A stretch of 32,000 bases of DNA from Mesorhizobium sp. YM1C-6-2 (GCF_003666685.1 NZ_RCIZ01000013.1:97507-129506); one strand, 5' to 3'. Shown: positions 8,759 through 16,609, numbered from the stretch's first letter. Notes: generated from the letters alone by a model not told the origin. Program-made: numbers and translations.

Positions 8759-8989
8759 ATGGCGGCGATCGAATCCCCCTGCATCCTCGTCTGTTCGGTG
8801 GACATGAAGACGGGCTATTGCTTCGGCTGCGGTCGCACCCGCGACGAGATCGCCGGCTGGCTCGACATGACGCCTGAGACCCGCCGTGAGATCATGGCAA
8901 CGCTGCCGGCGCGGCTGGAGACGGTGGAGCGGCGCCCGCGCCGGGAAACCCGCCGTTCGCGCATGGCGCGCGAGCGTGGCACGGCCTGA
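8759..8989 (+). CDS. Small Cys-rich DUF1289-type protein (family number from memory)
   Basis: 76 aa from the ATG at 8759: SPCILVCSVDMKTGYCFGCGRTRDEIAGW (C-x3-C-x8-C-x2-C followed by R..DEI..W). An earlier in-frame start at 8687 is possible. Confidence 0.75.
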   Translation: MAAIESPCILVCSVDMKTGYCFGCGRTRDEIAGWLDMTPETRREIMATLPARLETVERRPRRETRRSRMARERGTA

Positions 8990-8997
8990 GGACGCGC

Positions 8998-9702
8998 ATG
9001 GGGCGGCTTTTCTGGATCGTGGCGGCATTGGTTGTGGCCGGACTGATCGTGCTCGTCATGGCAGATTCCAGCGGCCAGGTGCTCGGCCTCGATACCGACA
9101 GCTTCGGCTACCTCATCTATCTCGGCGCTCTAGGGGCGCTGCTGGCAAGCGGCATCCTGGCGTCTGGCCAGCGTTTCGGGCAGACGGTCCGTACTCTTGC
9201 CATCTGGTTGCTGGTCATATTGGTCTTCATGGCCGGTTATGAATACCGCTACGAACTGCAGGACGTGGCAAACCGGGTCAGCGGCGGGATCGTTCCCGGC
9301 AGCCCGCTCTCCGCCACCGATGGCGACGGGCGGGCGATCGTCACGCTGCGGCAGCGGGCGGACGGGCATTTCGAGGCGAACATCGACGTGAACGGCAGCA
9401 CGATCCGCGCGATGGTCGATACCGGCGCGACATCGACGGTATTGACCGCTGCCGATGCCGAACGGGCGGGCTTCGATCCCTCGGCGCTCGCCTTCAACAT
9501 CCCGGTGTCGACGGCCAACGGCACGTCGACCGCTGCTCGCGTGGTCGCCGACGAGGTAGCCATCGGCGGTATCGTGCGCAAGAACATGCCGCTGCTGGTG
9601 GCTGAATCCGGCCGGCTGGAGCAGAGCCTGCTCGGCATGAACTTCATCGGCACACTGTCGGGTTTCGATGTGCGCGGCGACCGGCTGGTGCTGAGAGACT
9701 AA
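8998..9702 (+). CDS. Membrane-anchored retropepsin-like (clan AA) aspartic protease
   Basis: 234 aa with three N-terminal hydrophobic helices. The catalytic-type motif is MVDTGATSTVL and the C-terminal end is LLGMNFIG. AGGA lies 6 nt upstream of the ATG, and the start is 8 nt after the DUF1289 stop. Confidence 0.8.
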   Translation: MGRLFWIVAALVVAGLIVLVMADSSGQVLGLDTDSFGYLIYLGALGALLASGILASGQRFGQTVRTLAIWLLVILVFMAGYEYRYELQDVANRVSGGIVPGSPLSATDGDGRAIVTLRQRADGHFEANIDVNGSTIRAMVDTGATSTVLTAADAERAGFDPSALAFNIPVSTANGTSTAARVVADEVAIGGIVRKNMPLLVAESGRLEQSLLGMNFIGTLSGFDVRGDRLVLRD

Positions 9703-10700
9703 GCCGCTTCCAATTCGGCGCCGAACTCTACCGCCGCGAAGGCTTCGCGGAGCACGTCTGATCCCGCACCGGGCTTCACGGCTTCCGTCGACAGTATCTG
9801 CCGGTAGCGGCGCGCACCTGGCTGGCCGTGGAAGAGGCCGACCATGTGGCGCGTGACGTGGCCGAGCTTTCCGCCGGCCGCGATGTGGCGCTCGGCATAG
9901 GCTGACATCGTCTCCAGCAGCGCCTCCGGATCGGACGGCCGCTCGGCCTCTCCGTAGAAGGCTGCATCGACGGCCGAAAGGATGCCCGGCGTATGGTAGG
10001 CGACACGCCCCAGCATGACCCCGTCGACGTGAGCGAGATGCCCCCGCGCCTCCTCGATGGAGCGGACGCCGCCATTGATGCCGATGAAGCGATCCGGGTA
10101 TTTCTGCTTGAGCCGGTAGACACGACCATAGTCGAGCGGCGGGATGTCGCGGTTCTCCTTGGGCGAGAGCCCTTCGAGCCAGGCCTTGCGAGCATGCACC
10201 CAGAGCGCGTCGGCGCCGGCCGCAAGGACGTCCGCCGCCAGCGTGTCGAGCGCGACCTCGGGATCCTGGTCGTCTACTCCGATGCGGCATTTCACCGTTA
10301 CCGGGATTTCCACCGCGCCCTTCATGGCGGCAACGCAGTCGGCGACCAGCGTCGGCGTCTTCATCAGGCAGGCGCCGAAGGTGCCGGACTGCACGCGGTC
10401 GGACGGACAGCCGACATTGAGGTTGATCTCGTCATAGCCGAAACCCTCGCCGATCCTTGCCGCCTCAGCGAGTTTCTGTGGATCGGAGCCGCCGAGCTGC
10501 AGCGCGACAGGATGTTCCTCGGCGTCGAAGCCGAGCAGCCTTTCGCGCACGCCACGGATCGCCGCATCCGCCACCACCATCTCGGTGTAAAGCAGCGAAC
10601 GGCGCGTCAGCTGGCGATGGAAGAACCGGCAATGCCGGTCCGTCCAGTCCATCATCGGTGCAATCGCAATCTTTGGCCCGTAAGGGGTTCTGACACCCAT
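9699..10700 (-). CDS. dusA: tRNA-dihydrouridine(20/20a) synthase
   Basis: IAIAPMMDWTDRHCRFFHRQL..., INLNVGCPS and VTVKCRIG are hallmark DusA motifs. The start is uncertain: ATG at 10700, or TTG at 10736 as in the ORF track. Confidence 0.9.
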   Translation of the reverse strand: MGVRTPYGPKIAIAPMMDWTDRHCRFFHRQLTRRSLLYTEMVVADAAIRGVRERLLGFDAEEHPVALQLGGSDPQKLAEAARIGEGFGYDEINLNVGCPSDRVQSGTFGACLMKTPTLVADCVAAMKGAVEIPVTVKCRIGVDDQDPEVALDTLAADVLAAGADALWVHARKAWLEGLSPKENRDIPPLDYGRVYRLKQKYPDRFIGINGGVRSIEEARGHLAHVDGVMLGRVAYHTPGILSAVDAAFYGEAERPSDPEALLETMSAYAERHIAAGGKLGHVTRHMVGLFHGQPGARRYRQILSTEAVKPGAGSDVLREAFAAVEFGAELEAA

Positions 10701-10796
10701 CCCCAAAATCCAGAGGCAGTGATCTTTTGGCCGCAAGCGGCACGTTCGACCGCTCAGATGGCGCGGATCGCTGCGGGAAGCAAGGGTAAGGCTGAT

Positions 10797-11354
10797 TCAG
10801 TCGCCGGTGGAATAGGGCCTGTTTTCCTCCAGCGGCAGGCCCGCCCTTTCCCAGCCGTCCGCTCCGGGCGGATACCAGATCACCGAGCTGTAGCCCCATT
10901 CGACGGCTCGTTTTGCGGCGTTCCACGACATCCAGCAATTCGTCATGCAGTAGAACAGGATCGGCTTCGACTTGTCCGACGCAGTACCCGCCTCGAGGCT
11001 TTTGCGGAAATATTGGGCGGTCTCCTCGGGGATCGCCCCATAGCCCACATTCGCCAGCCAGATGCTATCGGGGATATCCTCCCTGACCTTGTCCTTCCAT
11101 ATCGTTCCGGCGGGCAGGTTGGCGGGCTTCGGCGTGTCAGGCATCACGTCGAAGAAGACGGCTTTCTTCTCCCGCCAGAGCGCTTCGGCTTCCTTGGTGC
11201 CGATCACCTTCGCCCCTTTCAGCGTATCCGGCACCGGGGCCTTGTATTCTTCCATCCGGTAGTCGGCCGGCTCCTGGACGCCTTCAGCCCACGCCGGCGC
11301 GCCAAAAGCCAGGATCGCCGCCGCCAGAGGCAATGCCAGACAGCTTCTTCGCAT
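10797..11354 (-). CDS. Exported rhodanese-like protein with C-x3-C-W motif (PQQ-dependent-catabolism-associated 'CXXCW motif protein' type)
   Basis: The ATG at 11354 gives 185 aa with signal peptide MRRSCLALPLAAAILAFGAPAWA. It has rhodanese-like size and layout, with FYCMTNCWMSWNAAKRA at codons 134-150 (nt 10932-10949 for C..CW). The start lies 5 nt after the upstream stop. Confidence 0.75.
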   Translation of the reverse strand: MRRSCLALPLAAAILAFGAPAWAEGVQEPADYRMEEYKAPVPDTLKGAKVIGTKEAEALWREKKAVFFDVMPDTPKPANLPAGTIWKDKVREDIPDSIWLANVGYGAIPEETAQYFRKSLEAGTASDKSKPILFYCMTNCWMSWNAAKRAVEWGYSSVIWYPPGADGWERAGLPLEENRPYSTGD

Positions 11355-11359
11355 ATCCG

Positions 11360-12211
11360 TCAAAGGCCCGTGGGGTCGAGCGGCCACTTGTCGGTGAAGA
11401 CCTTGCCGTCGGTGTCGACGGCTTCGACCTGTATGTCGTCGGTGCCGTGCACGGCGAAGTCGAAGCGGAAGTTGGGGTCTTCCGAAATGGAGATGCCGCC
11501 TTCCATGGACAGGATCAGCCTGTCACCCTGCGAGATCGACAGGTTCTGCACGAAATGCGCCGGGATGAAATATTGGGTCAGCGGGTCGCGCTGCAGGCCC
11601 GAATTGTTCGGATGCCGGATCATCAGCTGCAGTTCCTGCGCCTTGGTCATCGATTCCTTCGGCGGCGCGAACTGACGCAGCTTCATCTGCCCCATCGAGG
11701 CCAGCGCTTCCTTCGAGTTCTTGACCGCCGGGGCTGAGCAGCCGCCGGATGCCTTGACGAAGGTCTGCGACATATGGAGCTCGCCGCTGTCGGTCTCGGC
11801 GATCACGCGCAGCCAGGAATAGTCGTTGACGCGCACGCGCGTCGCCAGATGCGTGACTCCGGAGTCCCTGCCGAGCTGGAACGTCGCCGCCACCGGCGCC
11901 GGATTGACGTCGATGACCATCGTCACCGTTTTGACCCCGGCAGCCTTGGCCGGGTCGATATAGATATCGACAGGCACGAGCGCGGCGTCCTGCGCGCGCT
12001 TCGGTGCCTCGATGCGGATGAGCCCGGTGTCGAGGAGAATCGGTCGGTCGCCGAGAACGTCGCCCTTTAGTGCGTTCCAGATCTTCTCCGAGCCTGCCAT
12101 GCTCTGCTGCGCCGCCGCCGGCCCCGCAAAGACGAGCACGCCTCCTGCCGCAGCCGCAAAAAGAAGCGCTGCCACGGAACGCCGCAGCTTACAGAAGATA
12201 TTGGATCGCAT
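11360..12211 (-). CDS. Exported fused SoxY-like/SoxZ-like carrier protein (quinoprotein-dehydrogenase-associated type)
   Basis: The ATG at 12211 gives 283 aa with a signal peptide ending PAAAQQ. The N-terminal half is SoxY-like and ends in KASGGCSAP (Cys codon 11738-11740). The C-terminal half is SoxZ-like: LMIRHPNNSGLQRDPLTQYFIPAHFV...EDPNFRFDF. Confidence 0.8.
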   Translation of the reverse strand: MRSNIFCKLRRSVAALLFAAAAGGVLVFAGPAAAQQSMAGSEKIWNALKGDVLGDRPILLDTGLIRIEAPKRAQDAALVPVDIYIDPAKAAGVKTVTMVIDVNPAPVAATFQLGRDSGVTHLATRVRVNDYSWLRVIAETDSGELHMSQTFVKASGGCSAPAVKNSKEALASMGQMKLRQFAPPKESMTKAQELQLMIRHPNNSGLQRDPLTQYFIPAHFVQNLSISQGDRLILSMEGGISISEDPNFRFDFAVHGTDDIQVEAVDTDGKVFTDKWPLDPTGL

Positions 12212-12303
12212 CGGTGCCTCCACCGGTTCGAAGGTGGTGCCCTGGCACACGCCAAGGATACTACCGGTCCCGCCCGATGGCAAACTTCGCCATGCGTTGC
12301 CGG

Positions 12304-13266
12304 CTATTCCCATTCCAGCTCGGCATAGGCAGCCGTGGCGTTGCGCTCGTTGTAATCGTCGAACAGCGCCCAGTTGGGTGCTTCGCTGCGGCCCGCGGTC
12401 TTGACCGCCTCAGCGAGCGGCGTCCCCTCCTTGATCGCCTGGCGGAGATCAGCGGCAAGCGCCTCGAAATAGCGCCGCTCGGGCTCCAGCGCGGCCGGCC
12501 ATTCGCTCGATATGGGGCCGTGACCCGGCACGACGCGCCGGGCATCGACTGCTGCCAGCGCATCCATCTGGCGTAGCCAGCCGAGCAGCGAGCCGTCGAT
12601 CGTCGGCAGGTGCCCCATGAAGACAAGATCGCCCGCGAAAAATGTCCCGCTGGAAGGATCGAGAACGGTCAGGTCATTGTCGGTATGCGCGGCTTCCCAG
12701 GCCTTCAGCTCGAGCACACGTCCGCCGAGGTCGAGTTCCAGCGTGTCGTCGACCAGCAGCGTCGGCGGCACGATTTTTATGCCTTCCATGAGCTTTGCGC
12801 CGAGCTGTTCCCGGTAGCTCCGCAGATAATATTCCCCGCGCGCTTCGAGCGCCGCCGGCAGGTTTTGGTGACCGACGATCTCAGGACCGAGCGCCTGGAA
12901 GGCCGCATTGCCGAAGATGTGGTCGGGATGCACATGAGTGTTGATCAGGTAGCGCACCGGCTTGGCTGTGACCTCGGCAATCGCATCGATGAAGGCCTGC
13001 GCCTCGACGAGGCTGCCGCCGCTGTCGATGACGGCGACGGCATCGGCGCCGACCACGACGCCCAGATTGCAGATCGCCCCCTCATTCTCCGGATGCATCA
13101 GCTCGTTGACGCCCTGGAAGGCGAAGACGCCGTCGGCGATTTCGCGGAGTGCGAAGTCGGCGTCGGCCGCGGCAAATGCCCGACGGGCGATGCCGCACGA
13201 CAAGGCAGCAACGCCGCAGGAAGCGAGCCCTTTCATCATTCGGCGTCGAACTGGATCGATCGGCAT
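12304..13266 (-). CDS. Exported metallo-beta-lactamase-fold zinc hydrolase (quinoprotein relay system metallohydrolase type)
   Basis: 320 aa. Twin-arginine-like leader PVRRRMMKGLASCGVAAL...AFAA, and HxHxDH motif INTHVHPDHIFGN. GAGG is 11 nt upstream of the ATG, and the start is only 9 nt after the fhcC stop. Confidence 0.85.
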   Translation of the reverse strand: MPIDPVRRRMMKGLASCGVAALSCGIARRAFAAADADFALREIADGVFAFQGVNELMHPENEGAICNLGVVVGADAVAVIDSGGSLVEAQAFIDAIAEVTAKPVRYLINTHVHPDHIFGNAAFQALGPEIVGHQNLPAALEARGEYYLRSYREQLGAKLMEGIKIVPPTLLVDDTLELDLGGRVLELKAWEAAHTDNDLTVLDPSSGTFFAGDLVFMGHLPTIDGSLLGWLRQMDALAAVDARRVVPGHGPISSEWPAALEPERRYFEALAADLRQAIKEGTPLAEAVKTAGRSEAPNWALFDDYNERNATAAYAELEWE

Positions 13267-13275
13267 CTTTCGACC

Positions 13276-14085
13276 TCAGGCCGGGAACAGTATCTCGCCG
13301 AGGCCGAGGGCGGCATTGTCGCCGCCATATCTGCGCGGCGCCCTCCCGAGAAGCGGCCGTTTTAGGATATCCTCGGTGACGAGATGGCGGTCCATGAGCG
13401 CGGCGAAGACGCTGTCCGGCGCTCCGCATTCGACGAAGCTCGGCGACAGGCTTTTCGGCGCGCGGTCGAGTAGGATCGAGCCGCGCCGCATCAGGTAGCC
13501 TGGCATCTCGCCGGCACCGCCGGTCACCACGAGCGTGCCGGCGATCATGCGGCTGCCCGCGTGATCGCCGCAGCCTTTCAGCACTGCGATCAGCCCACGT
13601 CGCATGCGATCGGCCGCGAAGGCGCCTGCCCTGCCACGCACGATCAGCACCCCGCCATTCATGCCGGCGAGTTCGCCTGCCAGCGGCGCGCCGAGATGAT
13701 CACCAGCACTACCGATGATTTCCAGCCTGCCGCCCCGCATGCCCGATCCAGCATGAGGGCCGGCATCGCCTTCAATCGTAAGCTGCCCGCCACGCATGCC
13801 GCGCCCTGCCTGTGCGCCGACATCGCCTGCGACACGCACCGTGCCCTCGGTCATGCCCGTGGCTACCCCGTCGAAACGGCTGCTGCCGCCCTCGAACACG
13901 AGGCTGTTGGCGTTGCTGCCGGCGATGCGGAAAATGTCGCCGACGGTCGACGCAAGCTTCGACTGACCGAGCCGGATGGCCTGGATGGCGCGCTTGTCCA
14001 GCCCCGCCAGCCCTTGTGGTGTCAGCGGCGAAAGGTCGAGGCGCTCGGGCGGCGCAGCGCGCAACGTGAAGGTCAGCGCTTTCAT
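13276..14085 (-). CDS. fhcC: Formyltransferase/hydrolase complex subunit C (formylmethanofuran dehydrogenase subunit C homologue)
   Basis: 269 aa with beta-helix repeats GDVGAQAGRGMRGGQLTIEGDAGPHAGSGMRGGRLEIIGSAGDHLG, typical of FwdC/FhcC. ATGA overlap with fhcD. Confidence 0.9.
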   Translation of the reverse strand: MKALTFTLRAAPPERLDLSPLTPQGLAGLDKRAIQAIRLGQSKLASTVGDIFRIAGSNANSLVFEGGSSRFDGVATGMTEGTVRVAGDVGAQAGRGMRGGQLTIEGDAGPHAGSGMRGGRLEIIGSAGDHLGAPLAGELAGMNGGVLIVRGRAGAFAADRMRRGLIAVLKGCGDHAGSRMIAGTLVVTGGAGEMPGYLMRRGSILLDRAPKSLSPSFVECGAPDSVFAALMDRHLVTEDILKRPLLGRAPRRYGGDNAALGLGEILFPA

Positions 14086-14990
14086 GGCAGCAGATCCTTC
14101 AGATGATAGTGGAACTTGCCTAGCTTGCCGCCATAATTACCGGCGCTGATGCGCAATGCCCCCTTCGCAGACCCCAGTTGGGTGACCGCCTTGATGCCGG
14201 CGCGCATCGCCGACGCCACCGCATCGCTGGTCTCGCCGTCGATGACGATCTCGAGCACCGCGTTGACGTCGGGTTCGAGCTCGCTCTTCGTCACGCCGCG
14301 CAGCGTCGGGGCGAAGGCGTCGTTGGTGGAGGCCGTCATGCCCTTGTACTTGCCGCCGACCTTCGAGCCGGAACGCACGATGCCGCCCGGGAAAGGCATG
14401 ATGGCGCCGCGCACCTCATTGATTGCCGCCACGGCTGCCTCCGCCGCCGCAAGCGCCTTGGCGTTGCTACCGGCGAGCAGCAGGAGGTTGCCGCCGCCGA
14501 CCGCCCCCTTGGTCATGCCGACCGTCGCCTCGCAGACGAATTCGCCGTCCATGACAGGCACGCGCCAGAAATGCCGGCCACCGAGTTTTTTCGAGATCTG
14601 CCAGCCGTCGCCGAAATAACGCAAGGCCGCGCCGAGCTTCAGCTCGTTGGGGCCCTCGAGCCCGGCGAAGCAGGCGCTGCCCGGCGAGGTCAGCACGCAT
14701 TGGCCGACGCGGTTCTGCAACTGCTTCTGCAGTTCGTCCGTGCTCACCGCGAAGATCATGACGCGACAGCCGGGACGGCCGTCTGGCGTTTCAGAGGGCG
14801 CGAGATCGACATCGATCGCTGCCTCGCAGCCGCAGCCGATGACCGAAGTGGCAAAGCCTGTCATCGTAACGGCCGCCTGCCGCGCCCATTTGCGGTTTGG
14901 TGCGGTGATGACGATAGCTGTAGCCCGCATGCCGAAAGCCTCGGCAAAGGTATCGTCGATCGCGACTCCATTGACCTTCAGGCGCGGCAT
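14082..14990 (-). CDS. fhcD: Formylmethanofuran--tetrahydromethanopterin N-formyltransferase (Fhc subunit D)
   Basis: 302 aa. VNGVAIDDTFAEAFGMRATAIVITA...TGFATSVIGCGCEAAID matches the Ftr family N-terminus. 13-nt overlap with fhcA. Confidence 0.92.
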   Translation of the reverse strand: MPRLKVNGVAIDDTFAEAFGMRATAIVITAPNRKWARQAAVTMTGFATSVIGCGCEAAIDVDLAPSETPDGRPGCRVMIFAVSTDELQKQLQNRVGQCVLTSPGSACFAGLEGPNELKLGAALRYFGDGWQISKKLGGRHFWRVPVMDGEFVCEATVGMTKGAVGGGNLLLLAGSNAKALAAAEAAVAAINEVRGAIMPFPGGIVRSGSKVGGKYKGMTASTNDAFAPTLRGVTKSELEPDVNAVLEIVIDGETSDAVASAMRAGIKAVTQLGSAKGALRISAGNYGGKLGKFHYHLKDLLP

Positions 14991-16609
14991 GGCACTTCCC
15001 GGAACGGCTCGTCGCGCTGGATGGCGGAATCGGGGAAGGTGAACCTGTCGAGCGACAGGCCGTAGCGGTGCTCGTGATAATCCCTGAGCCGCTTGACGAT
15101 CGCGCGGTCCGGCGGAGGATTGAGCCGGAGCGCCCTGCCCCAGCGATAATGGGTGATCTCCCCGTCCTTGACGACGAGGTCGCCGTTCTTGAACACCAGC
15201 GCCGCCCGACCGAGCATCTTCGCGATGTCCTTGCCCTTCCGGTAGACCGAAACGTCGGCGACAGCCCCGGCGCCGAGATGCCCCCGATCAGCCAAGCCCA
15301 ATAGTTTCGCAGGAGCGGCTCGTGTCATGATGGCGATCTCCTCCATCGTGTATTCGCGATCGATCGATGCGAGCGTCGAATGCGCCAGCGCCGACTTGGA
15401 GAGCGTCGAGGCCACCTCATTGCGGGCGTCGCGGTTCATCAGAAATTCGAAAAGCTTCGGATAGACGGTGAAGGGGGCGCCGTTCGGATGATCGGTGGTG
15501 AAGAAGACGCGCCACGGATCGGTGATCAGCAGGAAGAGTTCGAGTCCCGCCGCCCATTGCACCGTGCCGTAATAATCCGGGCGATAACGATAAGGCACGA
15601 TGCCGCCGCCATTGCCGTCGCCGTCATGGATGACGAATTTTTTCGGATGCGCTGTGCCGCGTGCGGAGAACTGGCGCATGACATCAGACGAAATGGTGAC
15701 GGTCTGGCCGAACATGACCTGGCCGATGTCGATGGTCACTTCCGGCGACGCATTGACCAACTCAGCCAGCCGCGCGGCGGCGGAGGAGAATTTCCGCTTC
15801 CCCTCGGTGCCATAGCCATAGAACTGGAGGTGCGCGAGATGCAGCGGCACGCCTTCCGCTGCCGCGATCGTCGCCGCTGCCGTGTCGGCCGAACCCGGCG
15901 CGCCGAGATTGTTGCAGTGGACATGCAGCGGATGCGGAATGCCAAGCCTGTCCACCGCCGCCTGCAGCGTCTTGACGATTTTTCGCGAACTGACGCCGTA
16001 GGACGGCACGACGTCGTCGAGCGAGAAGGTCCGCACATTCTCCTTGAAGGCAGCCGCGGCCCCGGCGTTGATGACCTTGACGCCAAGCGCCCGGGTCGAG
16101 GCGACCGTCCAGGCGACGTAATCCTCGATCATGCGTGGCGAGGCATTGTCGCGGATCATCGACAGCAGGAAATCGTCGTTGCCGAGAATGGCGAGCGTCG
16201 CCTTGTCGATGATCGGGATGTCGGCGAGCTCGAGATGGGTGTGAAGCGCAGCATTCGGCGACATCGCCGGCTCGACGACGGTGGTGAAGCCCATCTTCGC
16301 GTAGAGGCAACCGGTCTCGAAGGTCGACCAGCCGGCGTTGGAAAGCGGCGTCGCCGCCGGCCGCGCCTGATGCGCCTTGTGCTCTTCCGGCAGAAGCAGC
16401 CGCGCCGTGTTCACATTGCCGCCGCCGATATGCGAGTGGATATCGATGGCGCCGGCCATGACGACGCAGCCGGACGCGTCGAAGGTTCGGTCGGCACGTC
16501 CGCTACGCGGCGTCTCGACGATCTCCCCGTCCCTGATCCAGAGGTCGCCCTTGCCGAGGCGGCCATTCACCGGATCGACGATCTCGCCGCTCTTGATCCT
16601 GGTCAGCAT
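14978..16609 (-). CDS. fhcA: Formyltransferase/hydrolase complex subunit A (amidohydrolase; FwdA homologue)
   Basis: 543 aa with an amidohydrolase fold: MAGAIDIHSHIGGGNVN is an H-x-H metal site, followed by HLHVHCNNLG. 7-nt overlap with fhcB. Confidence 0.92.
   Translation of the reverse strand: MLTRIKSGEIVDPVNGRLGKGDLWIRDGEIVETPRSGRADRTFDASGCVVMAGAIDIHSHIGGGNVNTARLLLPEEHKAHQARPAATPLSNAGWSTFETGCLYAKMGFTTVVEPAMSPNAALHTHLELADIPIIDKATLAILGNDDFLLSMIRDNASPRMIEDYVAWTVASTRALGVKVINAGAAAAFKENVRTFSLDDVVPSYGVSSRKIVKTLQAAVDRLGIPHPLHVHCNNLGAPGSADTAAATIAAAEGVPLHLAHLQFYGYGTEGKRKFSSAAARLAELVNASPEVTIDIGQVMFGQTVTISSDVMRQFSARGTAHPKKFVIHDGDGNGGGIVPYRYRPDYYGTVQWAAGLELFLLITDPWRVFFTTDHPNGAPFTVYPKLFEFLMNRDARNEVASTLSKSALAHSTLASIDREYTMEEIAIMTRAAPAKLLGLADRGHLGAGAVADVSVYRKGKDIAKMLGRAALVFKNGDLVVKDGEITHYRWGRALRLNPPPDRAIVKRLRDYHEHRYGLSLDRFTFPDSAIQRDEPFREVPCRA

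Noticed and set aside
10701-10796. Possibility that the C1 island is a dusA-targeting integrative element, since dusA 5' ends are known integration hot spots
   Set aside because: There is no integrase, excisionase or other mobility gene next to dusA or anywhere in the window, and I could see no repeat of the dusA 5' sequence. The island's far end is outside the window, so this cannot be fully excluded. A search for a direct repeat of ~20 bp of the dusA 5' region beyond 32000 would settle it.
9993-11675. 560-aa plus-strand ORF overlapping dusA, the CxxxCW gene and the SoxYZ-like gene
   Set aside because: Same reasoning: it is antisense to three genes with clear family motifs, has biased composition, and has no motif or plausible start context.
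12212-12303. Possible stem-loop (CCACC-GGTTCGAA-GGTGG) between the MBL and SoxYZ-like genes
   Set aside because: The stem is only 5 bp with no U-tract. That is insufficient to call a terminator or regulatory structure.
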